A DNA stretch of 64,000 nucleotides from Mobula hypostoma (Eukaryota). The translations under genes and the position numbers were made by a program. A model generated the notes under the pieces. The model saw only the letters and a list, made by a program, of their open reading frames with translations. It searched no databases and was not told the DNA's origin. The stretch lies in contig NC_086118.1 of assembly GCF_963921235.1 (NCBI RefSeq), forward strand, positions 26,848,001 through 26,912,000, in the 5' to 3' direction. This document shows, in pieces, positions 25,808 to 38,750 of this stretch. Every line of letters starts with the position of its first letter. The first letter of the stretch is position 1.

Positions 25808-26179
25808 GGGCGGCATGGTGGCGATGCGTCCCCACCAAAGGAGGTGTAAGATGCTTCTTCCCTCCGCTAGCCTGCAGGTCACCCTTGTGCAAGGTGTAGC
25901 ACCTGCTTAGCCCTCCCGATCAAGGTCACATGAAGCCAGGGGAGCAGGTGGTGGGTGGTGCTATCCACTGGTGTATATCACGGGTCCTGGCTGTGCAACG
26001 ACTGACGCGGGGCAGACAACCTCTGAAGCATATTGATAGTCACTCGTCTTGTAAAGACACTGTCCAAAAGAAGGCAATGGCAAACCACTTCTGCAGAAAA
26101 TATTGCTAGGAACACTTGTGGCCACGGATCGACCACGACTGCCTACGCCATACGACATGGCACATAATGATGATAACGT
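25808..26179 (+). mobile_element. Non-autonomous RTE/BovB-related element
   Basis: GAAGGCAATGGCAAACCACT motif, (ATG)n tail, TSD TCTAGAATAA 25798-25807 / TCTGGAATAA 26180-26189. Confidence 0.6.
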
Positions 26180-26464
26180 TCTGGAATAATTTCCTTTAAA
26201 GAGTACTACAGTGAAATACCACAGCTTTGTCCATGCGTAGCACTTGTACAGTAACATTATAAATGATCTGGATGCACTTTACATGTGAGTAAATGGAAGG
26301 AACAGCAGGCCTATGGAAATATTGTTGAAAAGATACTTGTTTAAGAGGCCGTCAAAGGAAAGACTGATGGCTTAGATAATAAATTGTAAAGCCTAGTTAC
26401 CTAAAAAATGGAAAACAGCGAGGACTGTTGGAAAATGGAGAATTGCATGAGATTAAAGTCGGAG

Positions 26465-26820
26465 AGAAATACAGCATTGAAACTGGCCCTTCAGCCCACT
26501 GAGTCTATGCCAGCCACTTACACTAATCCCATTTTATTTTCCCTGTATTCCGATCCATAAGATATAGGAGCAGAAGTAGGCCATTCGGCCCATCGAGTCT
26601 GCTCCACCCTTCAATCATCTGCTGCCATATTCCACCACTCACTTATACACTAAGTTACAGTGGCCAATTAACTGCACATCTTTGTGATGTGCACAGAGAC
26701 TGGAGTAACCAGGTGGCATTCGCATAGGGAGGGTGTGCAAACTCCACATCGACAGCACCAAGAGTCAGGATTGGACCTGGGTCAGTGGAACTAAAATACT
26801 GCAGCTGTACTGCCTGTTTA
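26465..26820 (-). mobile_element. HE1-like SINE, decayed, with a CR1 3'-end piece inside
   Basis: Antisense tRNA-like head and CR1-like tail, resembling the plus-strand copies at 38435-38750 and 44889-45125. Confidence 0.55.
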
Positions 26821-27576
26821 CAACTACAGGACCATAAGGAATGATGGTCATCGTTGCATAATCCTATGAATACATGTTTGTAAATGAGCACTTATGAGGA
26901 AAATGCAGTGGCTAGCTACAGTAATACCCCAGCAATCTGGCACTCTGGTAATGACGGATAAGCAGATTTTCCTGATTATATCTGTAACATCTATTAGCAA
27001 CCCAAATTATTTTAATTTCACTAAGTTTATTGGTTACACAGTAATTTTACAGCAAAGCTTTAGGTGTCATTAGTCTAAGTAGTTCAACACAATTTTGTGG
27101 GCCAAAGGGCCTTTTCTGTGCTGTGTTGTTTGGTGTATTATGTATGTTCTAAGCCAGTAAATTCAAAATTAACAGGCAAGCACTTATGAGGAAATCACTT
27201 TGGTCCTTAGCTTTGGAAACTGACCCATGTTTCTGACCCCTGGTATCCTGGGTTCCAACCCCAGGGCTCAGTGCACACCCCGCCCACAGTCTGGACCCTA
27301 CCCTACCCGCGATCTGCATGGCTGGCTCCGACTGCACATCCTGCTTGCATTCTGGACCTCACTCTCATGATCTGGACTAGAAACTGAACCCAAAGCTGGA
27401 CCAGCTGGATTTCCACACAATTGGATGCTGAATTATTGGAGTTTTATTTGGTACAGGGTTCCAAAAGGTTTTTTAGCAAGTGTCATGCAATAGGCTTTTC
27501 AACAAGATTGAGGTCCATGGAATAAAATGGGCAATAGCAGTGTGAGTAGAAGTTTGCTTAATGGTTCGGAATTAAA

Positions 27577-27945
27577 TTAGAAAGCACAATTAGAAAGGAC
27601 AGGATGCACCCAGCCAACACACTTTTCGTCCCTCTTCCCTCCGGGAGAAGGCTCAGGAACTTGAAGACTCATGTGGCCAGATTTGGGAACAGCTTCTTTC
27701 CAACTGTGATAAGACTGCTGAACGGATCCTGACCCGGATCTGGGCCGTACCCTCCAAATATCCGGAGCTGCATCTCGGTTTTTTTGCACTACCTTACTTT
27801 CCCTTTTCTATTTTCTCTTTATGATTTATAATTTAAATTTTTAATATTTACTATCGATTTGTACTCCAGGGAGCACAAAGCACAGAATCAAATACCGCTG
27901 TGATGATTGTATGCTCTCGTATCAATTGTTTGGTGACAATAAAGT
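27577..27945 (+). mobile_element. Rex1/Babar-like LINE 3' end
   Basis: HPANTLFVPLPSGRRLRNLKTHVARFGNSFFPTVIRLLN followed by 3' UTR ending ACAATAAAGT. Confidence 0.65.
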
Positions 27946-28049
27946 AATATTGAAGTAATTAAGATATATATGAGAAGTCTGGAGATGTAGGTGATAGTTT
28001 GTTTAAGAAGTGGTGAGGTAGAATAAGAAAAAAATGAAGTATACAGGCC

Positions 28050-29410
28050 CCATGGATGGAGTACAAGATAAAGGAAGTCATAACGATCCTTACAACTCTG
28101 GTTTGGCCACAACTGGAATATTGTATCCAGTCTCGGGTGCCACACTTCAGAAAAGATCCAAAGGCTTTAGAAAGGGTTCAGAAGAGATTTTCTGAAATGA
28201 TTCTAGAAATAAATGAGTTTAATGTTATAGGTAGACTGAAGGAACTGTTGTAGTTCTAAGTGAAACAGCTGTGACTCCAAGAGGATCTGTAGCAGTATTT
28301 ATAATCATGAAGTGTTTTAGAGAGTATGAAGAGTAGAAAGAGTTCACAGAATGCCCATGAACCTGGGAACGGAGAATGAAAGTGAATGACAAAATAACAG
28401 CAGAGGTCTGAGTATGGGTCCTGGTGGAACACCACTAGTCACAAACCTCCAGCTGAAAGAAAGTCCCATTGAGTACTGCCCTCTGTTTTCTATAGGTAAC
28501 TAATTCTGAATCCAAACAGCCAATTCACCATGGATCCAATACACTTAATCTAGTAGATAATTCAATGCCTTACTAAAATCTGCACAAAGTCCCTAATTAG
28601 ACTATCATTTGCCTAATGCTCATAAATCTTATTTCTAAGAATCCTCTCTAGTAACTGACATGAGACTCACCAGTCTATAGTTTCCAGAATTATCCCTTCA
28701 TGAATAATGGATACCATTAACTAATTGCTTGTCCTCCAGGACTCACCTGTGGCTAGAGGGGACACAAAGATCTTGTTGAGGCCCCAGCAATCTCATCTGT
28801 TGCCACTCTCAATAACCTTGGGTATAGCCCATCAGGCCTTGGGGCTTAGCCACTTTAGTATTCCTCTAGAGGCTCAAAACTATCTTTTTTATCTTGAAAT
28901 GCCCCAGCAAATTAGCATTTTCCACACTGATCTCCTGATACTTAATGTCCTTTCCCTTGGTAAATCCTGATGCAAAGCACTCAATTAGAACTTCACCCAC
29001 ATCCTCCACCTCCGAGCACACATTCCCTCCTTCATTCGTGAGTTGTCTTTATGCTCCCTAATTATCTTCTTGCTCTTGATATATGTATAGAATTCCTTGG
29101 GATTCTCTTTGATCCTACTTGTCAAGGACATTTCATGGGTCCTCCTGACTTTCCTAATTCCCTAATATGAGTTCTTTAATAGCTTCTTTACAATCCTCGA
29201 GTTCAGTTTGATTACAGCTTCCTGAACTTTATATGCACTTCCTTTTTCTCCTTATCTAAATTCACCACCTCTCTCAATGTCCAAGGTTCTCTTACCTTGC
29301 TATCCTTCTTGTTGGAATATACTTGTTTCATACTTGGTGCAGTTTGGCTTTAAACGTCCTCCACTTGTTAGATGTGGACTTGCATGACACAGCTGTCCCC
29401 AATTGACTCT
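28050..29410. mobile_element. CR1 LINE fragments (plus ~28050-28260, minus ~28410-29410)
   Basis: LVWPQLEYCIQ...KDPKALERVQKRF; antisense ORF2-like remnants. Confidence 0.6.
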
Positions 29411-30442
29411 CCCTAGTTCCAGGGTCATGGTTCCTGAGTGTGTGTGTTAGGGTGGGGGGTGGAAAGTTGGTAGTATAATACCATCAGAATGGTAGTACCT
29501 TTCTTATTTTTGCATTTTCACCCACATAGACTCACAGATGAGCCCTCCGTTATGTCCCCACTGAGTGCATCTGTGATAATGCCTTTCTGGTTTCACTTCT
29601 GTGAAGAGCTATAGAAATAGTTTTTCAAATTAAATGTAAGATGACTTGATAGTTACATTAACTGTTGGTTATACAGCTTTTGAACCTGTGAATCTGTTCT
29701 AATATTTAGAGGGGTAACTTATGACAGCAAAATCTGAATTGTGTTTTTTGGTATAAATCTCTCAAGTTATCAATGCAATTTTTTAGATTAGATTATGAAG
29801 ACATGCAGTCCTTTTTTATTGTCATTTAGTAATGCATGCATTAAGAAATGATACAATATTTCCTCCGGTGTGATATCACAAAACACAGGACAGACAAAGA
29901 CTGAAAAAAAACTAACAAAACCACATAATTATAACATATAGTTACAACAGTGCAACAATATCATAACTTGATTTCTTGATAAATGCAGCCTACCTTATTT
30001 ATCTTGCATAATAGCATGTTCAATTAGCATTCAAAAGAAAGTGAATCACTCCCCTTTACAATATCAATGATATCCATAACATAATGTATTAAAAAGTTGT
30101 GGGCAAAGAGTTAAAAGCATTGAGTAATGTTGGTTAAACCTGGACTTATTAACAAGGACATCTTCCTCAACAGCAAAATAGTCTCAGATACATTAGCTGT
30201 ATCATCAACACTAGTTTACTGGAACCACGTACCACTTCTCCAAATCCAGTACATATTGGATTACCTTATAATAGCTACAAAAGAGACATTTGCTATCAGT
30301 GGAGCATTTAACATCTTTGGCAATGCCTTTGCTGCATCTTATTTTCAAGTGTGTATTACACTGTCATTTTGTGGTTCATTACAGGTCCGTTGAAAGCATT
30401 GCCAATTTATATTCCACACACTGAGTATTGTTGCTTATTAAG

Positions 30443-30530
30443 ATGGCATACATGACTGTGGAGAAGAAAACAGATTCAATCCTGCACCTTACGAGGTCTC
30501 CTGGTATTAGATCATGGTCTGTGTTAGTTG
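30443..30530 (+). CDS. CYBC1: CYBC1 coding exon 1
   Basis: ATG 30443, PGIRSWSVLV, GTAAGT donor. Confidence 0.92.
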
Positions 30531-33500
30531 GTAAGTGCATGGTAATTAAATCGCTTTCTAATGGTAGCAGTCTCACTTCTAAATAATTAGAATGTAGGTT
30601 CAAATTCCACAAAAGTATGCCAGTGTTATACAACAGCAGTGCCATCTTACTGAATACTATCTTTTGAATGATGCTTTCAGACTAGAATCTAATGTGCCTC
30701 ATCTGTAATTTTAGATGAATACTAAGGATTCCATGAGATTAATTTTTAAAAGAAGATTTTAAAAATGGTTTCATATAGTTTTGTTGCTTCCACAGAATAA
30801 GTGCAGCAGAGCAAGTCCTACACATAAAAAAATTAATAGAATGGGGTGTTTTGAGGACTTTATTCAACAATTAATTACTTTGGTCTTCAGCAATATAAGT
30901 TTGTGGATCAGTTAGTATCAGCAGGAAAAAGATTTCACCAGAAATTTTATGATTAAGAGAATAGTTATCAGTGAAATGTTTTTCCTCTCTCTTCTGCAGG
31001 AATTGGTTCTATTGGTTTAGCTGCTGCCTACTACAGTACAGGTGAGAAAAATCATGATCTAATCTTATATCTGCAACATATTTACAGTTCTTTACAGATT
31101 TGAAAACAAGTAGGCATTTGCAATCATATCAAATTAAAGGGAACCTGGGACATAATAGAAACTGCAGTTAACAGAAATAATTGACAAACATTATGCTTGG
31201 AAAGATGAAGCAGGAATGGATTACATGATAACAATCAATATTATTTTCTGTAGAGGCCTTTTGGTGATGATAAAACTGCAGATTAAATGAATGAAGTAAA
31301 ATGTGAAAATGAATATTGTAGGATTTTATGATGTTATTGGATGTAAATCCACTAATTCAAATAGAAGCAGCTCCCTTTATGCATGTAGTCCGACTTGTCT
31401 AATTTTCTGATGTTTATTGTGCCCAAGTGGTCAATAGATAGTTAGTTGCCATCGGTCTGTCTCGAAGGACAATGAGTGATGATCATCAGCATCACAAGCC
31501 TGGGTGGGAAATGTGGAGATCCTGAGATGCCCAGTCATCAAGATCCCCTTCATGTCCTCGTGAGTGTAGTCAAAAGGAATGCTCATGAAGCAATACGTTT
31601 GGCACCAGCTTGTCTGCAGGAGCTGCCAGAAGGGTGTTCAATTGCATCCAGCCACCTTAGGGGCTCCACTCCAGAGTTCCTGTCTGGGTTTATTCCTGTG
31701 GCCTTGGTCTCTCCCGAGGCTGCCCACAAGGCAGTGGAGCTACTTGCCCATAGCTGGGGATCTGGTTCACGAGCACCAGGACGTGTGCACACACCGGAGG
31801 GCCTACGTGCTACATGTGTAGGGGCCAGATCTCCTCCCCGTCCTCTGTAGTTCAGCCTGAGTCCGAAAGGTGTTCAGTTTCAATGTGTCTAAGGAGGAGG
31901 CAAGACATGAGGCTTTCTGTTGGAGGTGGTATGTACTGACAGGGGGAGACTTGCAGATTCAGCTCTCCTTTTCGCAAGACTGTTAGCCAGAGGTGGAAAT
32001 TGAAAATGAGAGTGACAAGCACTACCCACTACACTTCGATTGTCCATCGAAATCCGATGACGACGTCCACTCCTTTAACGGTGAGATCTTTGATGTCAAT
32101 ACAGTCCTATCCTGGACCCATAAGCTCTATTGCAGGTGGGACATGTATATGGTGGCAACCATGGCTGCATTTCTCCTGTCTTCTGGTTGTTCTTTCCATC
32201 TCCAGAATACGAACTCCGCCCCTACACGGCTGTTGCCAAGTGGTACGGCCAGCAGCAACCTCCACCAGGTCCTCGGGTCTGATCTTGCACTTCCTTAAAG
32301 CATCCTTCATCTGATCATTATAGCGCTTCTTTGGCCTTCCAGCTGAGCATCGACCATGATGTAGCTGGCCGTATAACACTCTGCAGGGTAGCCGACATGG
32401 GGGCATCCTTATCACGTGCCCCAGCCACTGCAACTAACGCTGGGTGATCATGGCTTCAATACTCTTGTAGTTGGTCTTTACAAGTATTTCAGTGTGAGGC
32501 ACCTGCTCATGCCAGGTAATTCCCAGGATGCGCTGGAGGCAGCTTATGTGGAAGCGCTCCAAGGACTTGATGTGACGGCTGTAGGTTACCCAAGCTTCAC
32601 AGCTATAAAGGAGGGTGGTGACACAGGCCGCCTGGTATACCGCGACCTTTGTGGAGGGACGAAGGCTCCTGTTCTGAAACACTCTGCGCCAAAGTCTCCC
32701 AAAGGCAGCTGATGCCTGTTTAATGTGGCTCTGGATGTCGTTGTCAATGCCGCTATCCTCAGAGAGAATGCTCCCCAGATATTTGAAAGATGACACTACT
32801 GACTACCACACTAGACGCGTCATAACAAACCATTTTGACACCTATGGCTAAATATTAACCAAGGAAAATCACAACTTACCTCTATTCTGAAATTATCAGG
32901 TTGTTGTGATGGCAAAAGCAGGCGATAAGGTGTTTGTGAAGAGTGTGACATCAAAATTTTGTCTGTTGATAAATAAATTGACTACTACTGGGAAAGTGCA
33001 GATTTGAACCTTGTTCTTCCCTTGCCTTGGTAATCACTGGCAGGATTGAGTTATCTAATTATTAACAAGAAATGGGTGGATAACCTAGACTTAGGATAAA
33101 CTTAGTTACTATGCATTAGTTTCTGTTCCAGACAAACATGCTGAATATAAAATGTAGCACTGTAAAATATTATTGAATGGAAATCATCTGAACTTAAATG
33201 TAAATTACTAAACAAATGCAGTTTTTTTTCATTTTCACTGCCAAATCTTTTGGAGTAAGTTGCTTATGTTTTGTAGAACTGATTTTTATTCTCTTTTAAA
33301 CTTGACATTGAAGATGACACTTTCTGCTGCTGTATTCGGATACCTTTGTGTCACACAAATAGCTTAACATTCAGTACTTAATGTTTGCACTCCAGCTTCA
33401 GTTTAGAAAGGTTTCATTATGTTCTAAAAACTTCTAAGAACGTATGATGCTGTTGGGTCACTTGATAGCAAATAATACAAGTTTGTAGCTGCACAGAAGG

Positions 33501-36500
33501 AAGCTGAAAGTATATGCACTTAAAGTTTATGATCTTGGATCAGTTTTCAACTCTTGCCACTGTGAATGCAGGAAAAAGGATTGGATGGACAAATGTTTGG
33601 ACTGGATTTAAGACTGTTAATAGAAAGTTACAAATTAAACCTGCCCAGTTAAAATATTCAAAAAATTGATTTGAAGTGAACTGCATTGTGTTTTCACCTG
33701 ACATTTCATGAACCTTTCACCTTATGGTACACCTACACTGCACTTTCTCTGTAACTATAACATTCTATTCTGCATTCTGTTATTGCTTTCCCTTCTAATA
33801 GAAAGATAGATCCCAAAGAAAATTACAGTGTCATGGTAGCATTACAAGTGCACAGATATACAAATATTAGAGAAGTAAGATAGAAAATAATTTATTTCGA
33901 ACAGACTTAACAGGAGGGGGTCACCACTTCCCTGGCTATAGGCTGATTCATTATAGAGCAAATGACATTATATAGAGCTCTTTGGAGCAGCACGGTTGTC
34001 TTAGTCTATTATTAAAAGTGTTTCTCTGTTCAGCCAAGGTGGCATAAAGAGGGTGAGAAACATTTTCCATAATTGCCAGGATTTTCTCCAGGTCCTTTGT
34101 TCTACCACAGCCTCCAATGTATCCAGTTTGACTCCTATAACACAGCCAGTCTTTCTAATCAGTTTATTGAGCCTGTTGGCATCACTTGTGTGATGCTGTG
34201 TTAATACGTCGATATACTGATCTTGTGAAATGGTCTGTGCAGATGACATGCAAAAGGAAGTTTTTCACTGTAAATGTGACTATAATAAGCCAATTACCAA
34301 TTAAGAAAATATCTTAAACTTGAAAAAAATCTGCAGATACTGGAAATCGAAAGCAACACACACAAAGTGCTGGAGGAACTGAGCAGGTCAGGCAGCATCT
34401 ATGGAAGAAGATTTAAACTTCTTCAGGCTAGGCATCCCTTAAGGAGAATTCGCAGATGCTGCCTGACCTGCTGAGTTCCTCCAGAATATTGTGCGTGTTG
34501 CTTAAGAAAATATCTTGCAATTTGTGTTCTGCTGGACTCCAAGATAATTTGAAATTGCATTAAATGATGCTGTGTTCAGGCTATGTATTTACTACTGTGA
34601 AGACAAGATCAAATAAATGTATTTATTTCTTTTTGCAGATAATTGGGCATGGAAGTTATTCTATGTCGCAGGGTGCATTTTTGTAGCCATACAAAACTTG
34701 GAAGACTGGGAGGTAGGAAAGTACTTGTCTATGTAAGGTTTGTCTTCAGTATTTGTGGTGTTTCTGTAAAGATAATTCATGGTTATGCATTACTTTAATA
34801 CTACTTGTGAAATGAAGCAATTAATGTGACTGAGTATTTGGTGTTTATCAAGGGTGTTCATTGCACTTGGATCTTTCCCTCTAAGTTTTAGATTGCTCCC
34901 TCAGAAACCACCGCATTGGCGGGTTCAATTGAACCTTGGCCACAGTTAATAGCAGTAAAATGGAAGAATAAATTTCACCAATTTCACTCCACATGTCATT
35001 CGTGCTTGTGGTTTCTGTTCTTTAGATATCTTTGAATTCACATCCCTATGCAAATACTTGCCAACTAATCTCAAGTTATAATCAGAAAAGTTGAGTTTAT
35101 TGTACATGGACACACAGATGCAATGAAAAACTGATTTGAAGCAACATCACAGGGAAATTGCATCATATAAATAGCGTTCACAGGTAAAACATAAGTTATA
35201 CAAATTTTTTACAAGAAACACTGTCAAACTAAAAAAGTAAATTTTAGTGTAGAATGGTCAAGGTGTTCATAGTTCAACACATGCAAGTTAGGTAACAAAT
35301 ATAGAGGGGAATAACCGTCGATGTTTCAGGACAAGGCTTTCATAGGGATTGGAAAAGAAGGAGGTAGAAGCCAGACTATTAAGGTGGTAGAGGGAAGAAG
35401 TTGCTAGAAATTAAAGAAATTAATGTTCGTCCCATCAAGTTGAAGGCTGCCCAGACAGAGTACGAGTTGTTGCTCCCCCAGGCTGAGTTTGGCCTCATCA
35501 TGGCAGTAAAGGAGGTCATGAACAGACATGTCAGAATGGGAAGTTGAATTGAAACGGGTAACCATGAGAAAATCCTGCTTCTTACAGCGGACAGAGTGAA
35601 AGTTCTTGGCAAAATGGTCACCCGGTCTGTAATGGGTCTCACTGATGTAAAGCAGGCTGCACTGGATACGATAGATGACACCAACGGACTCACAAGTGAA
35701 CTGTTGCCTCACTTGGAAGGGCTGTTTAAGGTCCTGAATAGTGGTGAGAGAGGGGTTTAGGGGCACTTATAGCACTTGTCATGCTTGTAGGGCTAAATGC
35801 TAGGAGGGAGATCAGTGCGGTGCTAAACTGCAGTAATTAGTGTTTTGCTGGTTGATTCAAGAACCAAAAGGATGAAGGGGAGTAGCTGTTGTTGAACCAG
35901 GTGATATAAGACTCCTGTACTTTCTGTCTGATGGTAGCTGTGGAAAGATGACGGCCCAGATTGTGTGCCAAGTTCATATTCAACAATTGAATTGAGAACT
36001 TTTGAATTATTATCTGAATTTTGGCAAGTGACAAAAATTTAAATGGGGAAAGCTCTACATTTGCAGTTGTGAATGTGTGCACCATCTGCTGTCTGCTGAG
36101 CATCACCTTTTATACTTAATGAATAAAAACTTTGTATGTAGTTTGAATATAATGATAACTGGCAAGAAGTAAGAATGCAGGACTTTTGTGTTTTTCTATT
36201 TGTTTAATGCTGATACCTCTTCTGCTTTTCAGGAAGTTCTGTTTGACAAGATTAAAGGAACTGCAATTCTTAAGAATTTTAACCTTTATACGAGGATACT
36301 GACCATGTGGTCTAACAGCCAGGAACAAGGTGAGGTGCTAATTATTATCTCTTCCATCAAATAGCTTTTTGGCCTCAATGAAAAATTCTTTGAACGTGAT
36401 GACAGAAATCTTAAAGTATATTGAAGTGGTGAAGAAATAACTACTCATTTCGTACAGAACAGGAATGATTTATTTTTAGTTCATGTAGGTTGCCAGAGGG

Positions 36501-38060
36501 CAGCATGGTAGCGCAGTTAGTGCATCGCTTTACCCTATCAGTGACGCAGGTTCAGTTCCCGCTGTGGTCTCTAAGGATTTTGTGTGAGGATACTGTTAAA
36601 TTGGGTGTTGATGGGCGGTGTAGCTGAAAGGACTGGAAGGGCCCACCCTGCCCTGTATCTCAATTAATTAATTAATATTTTAAAATCTGTCTAAAATATT
36701 GAGCCAGGGAAAAGGCTGAAACAAAGCTTGGGCCCTTCATGGAAAGACCGGCATCTTAATGTCAGCCTTTGCAACAGGGCAGAAACAATGCATGTGGCTT
36801 CTTCTGTAGATTTCACCTTAATGCAATAACGTGGGCCAGTTCCTCTTTACCATGTTCAAGGAGCATTGAGTGGCATCACCGTGTGCTATAATTTTTATGC
36901 TAGTTTTGCTTATGCTACTGACTCACAGCAGTCTGTTTATAGTTGTGACGCAGATTCAGCATATTCATAACGTGACTGTGGAGGAGGAGAGAATACGCTA
37001 TTTGGGCAAAGGTTATGTTGTTGTACTGAGATTTTCAGCTGGGTTTTCACATCCACTTACCCAAAGTGCAGTGCTGGGTAATCAAAGGTAAACTCTTTGT
37101 TTATTGAGTCAATTGGATTGTGAAATGTATTAATCTAAGTTATATTAACTTTATGTTGGAGAACTAGCAAAAGTGTTTATATTGAGGTTTCACACATTTG
37201 TGCTGAATTATTACTTGTATAAGTTCCTGCTAATTAAATTATTTTTCATATTTTCTATATCAGCATCTCCTGCAGTGCAACTGATGGCCTTACACCAAAC
37301 GGATAGTCTGGATTCATGATTATCCACACAATTGTGCAGCTGTTGAAATACCAGCTGAGAAACAGATGAGAGGGAAAATTTAGGAGAGAAGGTAGTTTTA
37401 GAAAGTTGTTGTTTTGAATCTTCAAACTGAACATAGGATCCCAGATGTCTAGGAGGAAATCATGCTTGTTCTCAGATCAAATAGTGAGCAAAGCACAAGA
37501 ATGTAATACAGAAAAAAAATATTATTTTTACATTTACCGTGAAGGACAAAACAAGTAGGAACCAGCAAATTAACATATGATAACATAGCAATGTTGTGAA
37601 GCGCCTTCTACAGCCACTGTTGATAAGCGAAAGTAAATTAGAATTCATAAATTGTGTTTTCTTGTGAGATGAATGCAGAAACCACTGTAAAGTACAGCCT
37701 TGAAGACAAATAAAATCTGTACCAGTGATTTTGAAGGACAATCCATTTAGTCCCAATTATTTCCTGTCAGTCTGTATTCCAGACAATTTCCCATCATATG
37801 CTTACCCAGTTCAGTTTTAAAGGATAGTATTGACTTTATACCTTCCACGTAAACATCCTATCCACTTGTTGCACCAAAATGCTTTTCCCGAAGTTTGCAT
37901 TTCTAATTTGTCGTCTTTCTCCTCTTTCCACAGTGATGTGAGGGCCATAGCGGAACTTATAATCAACTTTCTGAATCTTAACAAACCTGCCTTTGATGAG
38001 AAAGCAGAATTGCCTGCAGACAGCAGTGAAAGTACTGGCAGTGACAATGAAACAAACTGA
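30443..38060 (+). CDS. CYBC1: CYBC1 / EROS (cytochrome b-245 chaperone 1), complete CDS 573 nt, 190 aa: join(30443-30530,31000-31041,34639-34712,36233-36329,36943-37087,37934-38060)
   Basis: Translation MAYMTVEKKTDSILHLTRSPGIRSWSVLVGIGSIGLAAAYYSTDNWAWKLFYVAGCIFVAIQNLEDWEEVLFDK...VEEERIRYLGKGYVVVLRFSAGFSHPLTQSAVLGNQSDVRAIAELIINFL...ETN*; GT-AG introns, continuous phase. Confidence 0.96.
31000..31041 (+). CDS. CYBC1: CYBC1 coding exon 2
   Basis: 42 nt, GIGSIGLAAAYYST, strong polypyrimidine-CAG acceptor, GTGAGA donor. Confidence 0.95.
31446..31990 (-). mobile_element. Non-autonomous retroelement whose 3' part resembles the tail of the SINE at 18076-18381
   Basis: Colinear motifs seen by eye, e.g. 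GCCTGGG and TTGGCACC..GC; right boundary approximate. Confidence 0.45.
32034..32796 (-). mobile_element. RTE-clade LINE, 5'-truncated, degenerate
   Basis: FKYLGSILSED...IKQASAAFGRL...TKVAVYQA...LLYSCEAW...LQWLGHVIRMPPCRLP...GRPKKRYND. Confidence 0.85.
33805..34200 (-). mobile_element. Rex1/Babar-like LINE 3' remnant
   Basis: DANRLNKLIRKTGCVIGVKLDTLEAVVEQR. Confidence 0.6.
34316..34501. mobile_element. Fold-back PLE terminal-repeat element, 15-bp TSD
   Basis: TTAAGAAAATATCTT at 34301-34315 and 34502-34516; ~50-bp inverted arms. Confidence 0.85.
34639..34712 (+). CDS. CYBC1: CYBC1 coding exon 3
   Basis: 74 nt, WKLFYVAGCIFVAIQNLEDWE. Confidence 0.95.
35275..35815 (-). mobile_element. Degenerate PLE fragment (GIY-YIG region and terminal repeat)
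   Basis: ORF 35404-35766 FQVRQQFTCESVGVIYRIQCSLLYISET; boundaries approximate. Confidence 0.8.
36233..36329 (+). CDS. CYBC1: CYBC1 coding exon 4
   Basis: 97 nt, EVLFDKIKGTAILKNFNLYTRILTMW. Confidence 0.93.
36497..36665 (+). mobile_element. Short HE1-like SINE remnant
   Basis: GGGCAGCATGGTAGCGCAG...GGTTCAGTTCC tRNA-like head, tail ending CTGTATCTCAATTAATT. Confidence 0.55.
36943..37087 (+). CDS. CYBC1: CYBC1 coding exon 5
   Basis: 145 nt, VEEERIRYLGKGYVVVLRFSAGFSHPLTQSAVLG. Confidence 0.95.
37934..38060 (+). CDS. CYBC1: CYBC1 last coding exon
   Basis: CAG acceptor, SDVRAIAELIINFL..., TGA at 38058-38060. Confidence 0.94.
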
Positions 38061-38241
38061 TGATTAATGGCAGAAAGCGGTTCACGGACATTTCGAACAC
38101 AACTAAAGTAAACCAATGGCTTTTAGCGTCTGACAATGTTGTGGAACATTAAAAGATCATCTATAAACACACCACTTATGAAAGTATTGTGATCAATCAG
38201 TGCTCAACACTTAACAATGAGGCAAACTTCTTCCCCAGTGC

Positions 38242-38247
38242 AATAAA
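38242..38247 (+). terminator. Candidate CYBC1 polyadenylation signal (alternative at 39149-39154)
   Basis: AATAAA about 180 nt after the stop codon; usage unknown. Confidence 0.35.
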
Positions 38248-38434
38248 CTATACTTTTCACATTCCATCGTTGAATGCTTGCTAAGACAGTGAGTTGCTTT
38301 AAATAAGTGTACAATAGATTGTGCAAACTGCCAAAAATAATATCCATCTAGGAAAATTGGAATAGAGAAATTAATTTTGTATTTAGTTTGACTATTCCAG
38401 TTCAAAAGAAGTGGTACATTGTGAAAATACTGCT

Positions 38435-38750
38435 CTTGCCTCATAGCTCCAGAAACCCATGTTCAATCCTGAACTTTGGTGCTGTCCATGTGAATGCTGC
38501 TTGTTCTCCCTGTGGTAACTTGGGTTGCCCATGGGTGCTCCAGTTTCCTTACACATGCTAAAAATGTGCTTATTGGGTCATTAACTAGTTATTGTAAATT
38601 ACCCTCAGTTTAGGTAGATGGGAAGAGAATGGAGCTGCTGGGCATGAGAGAGAGAGAAAATAGTTTGCAGTGAAATAAGTGGTAGAATGGATTTGATGGG
38701 ATTATTGAAATTGTCAGCATAGCCCTGATAGGCTGAATGGTCTCCTGCAT
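38435..38750 (+). mobile_element. HE1-like SINE downstream of the CYBC1 stop
   Basis: GTTCAATCC B-box-like, GGGTGCTCCAGTTTCC core, GGCTGAATGG CR1-like tail. Confidence 0.6.

Noticed and set aside
25690..25920. HDV-like ribozyme at the 5' ends of the RTE-related elements
   Set aside because: Stems are present, but I could not fit a canonical P3/L3 and P1.1; needs a covariance search.
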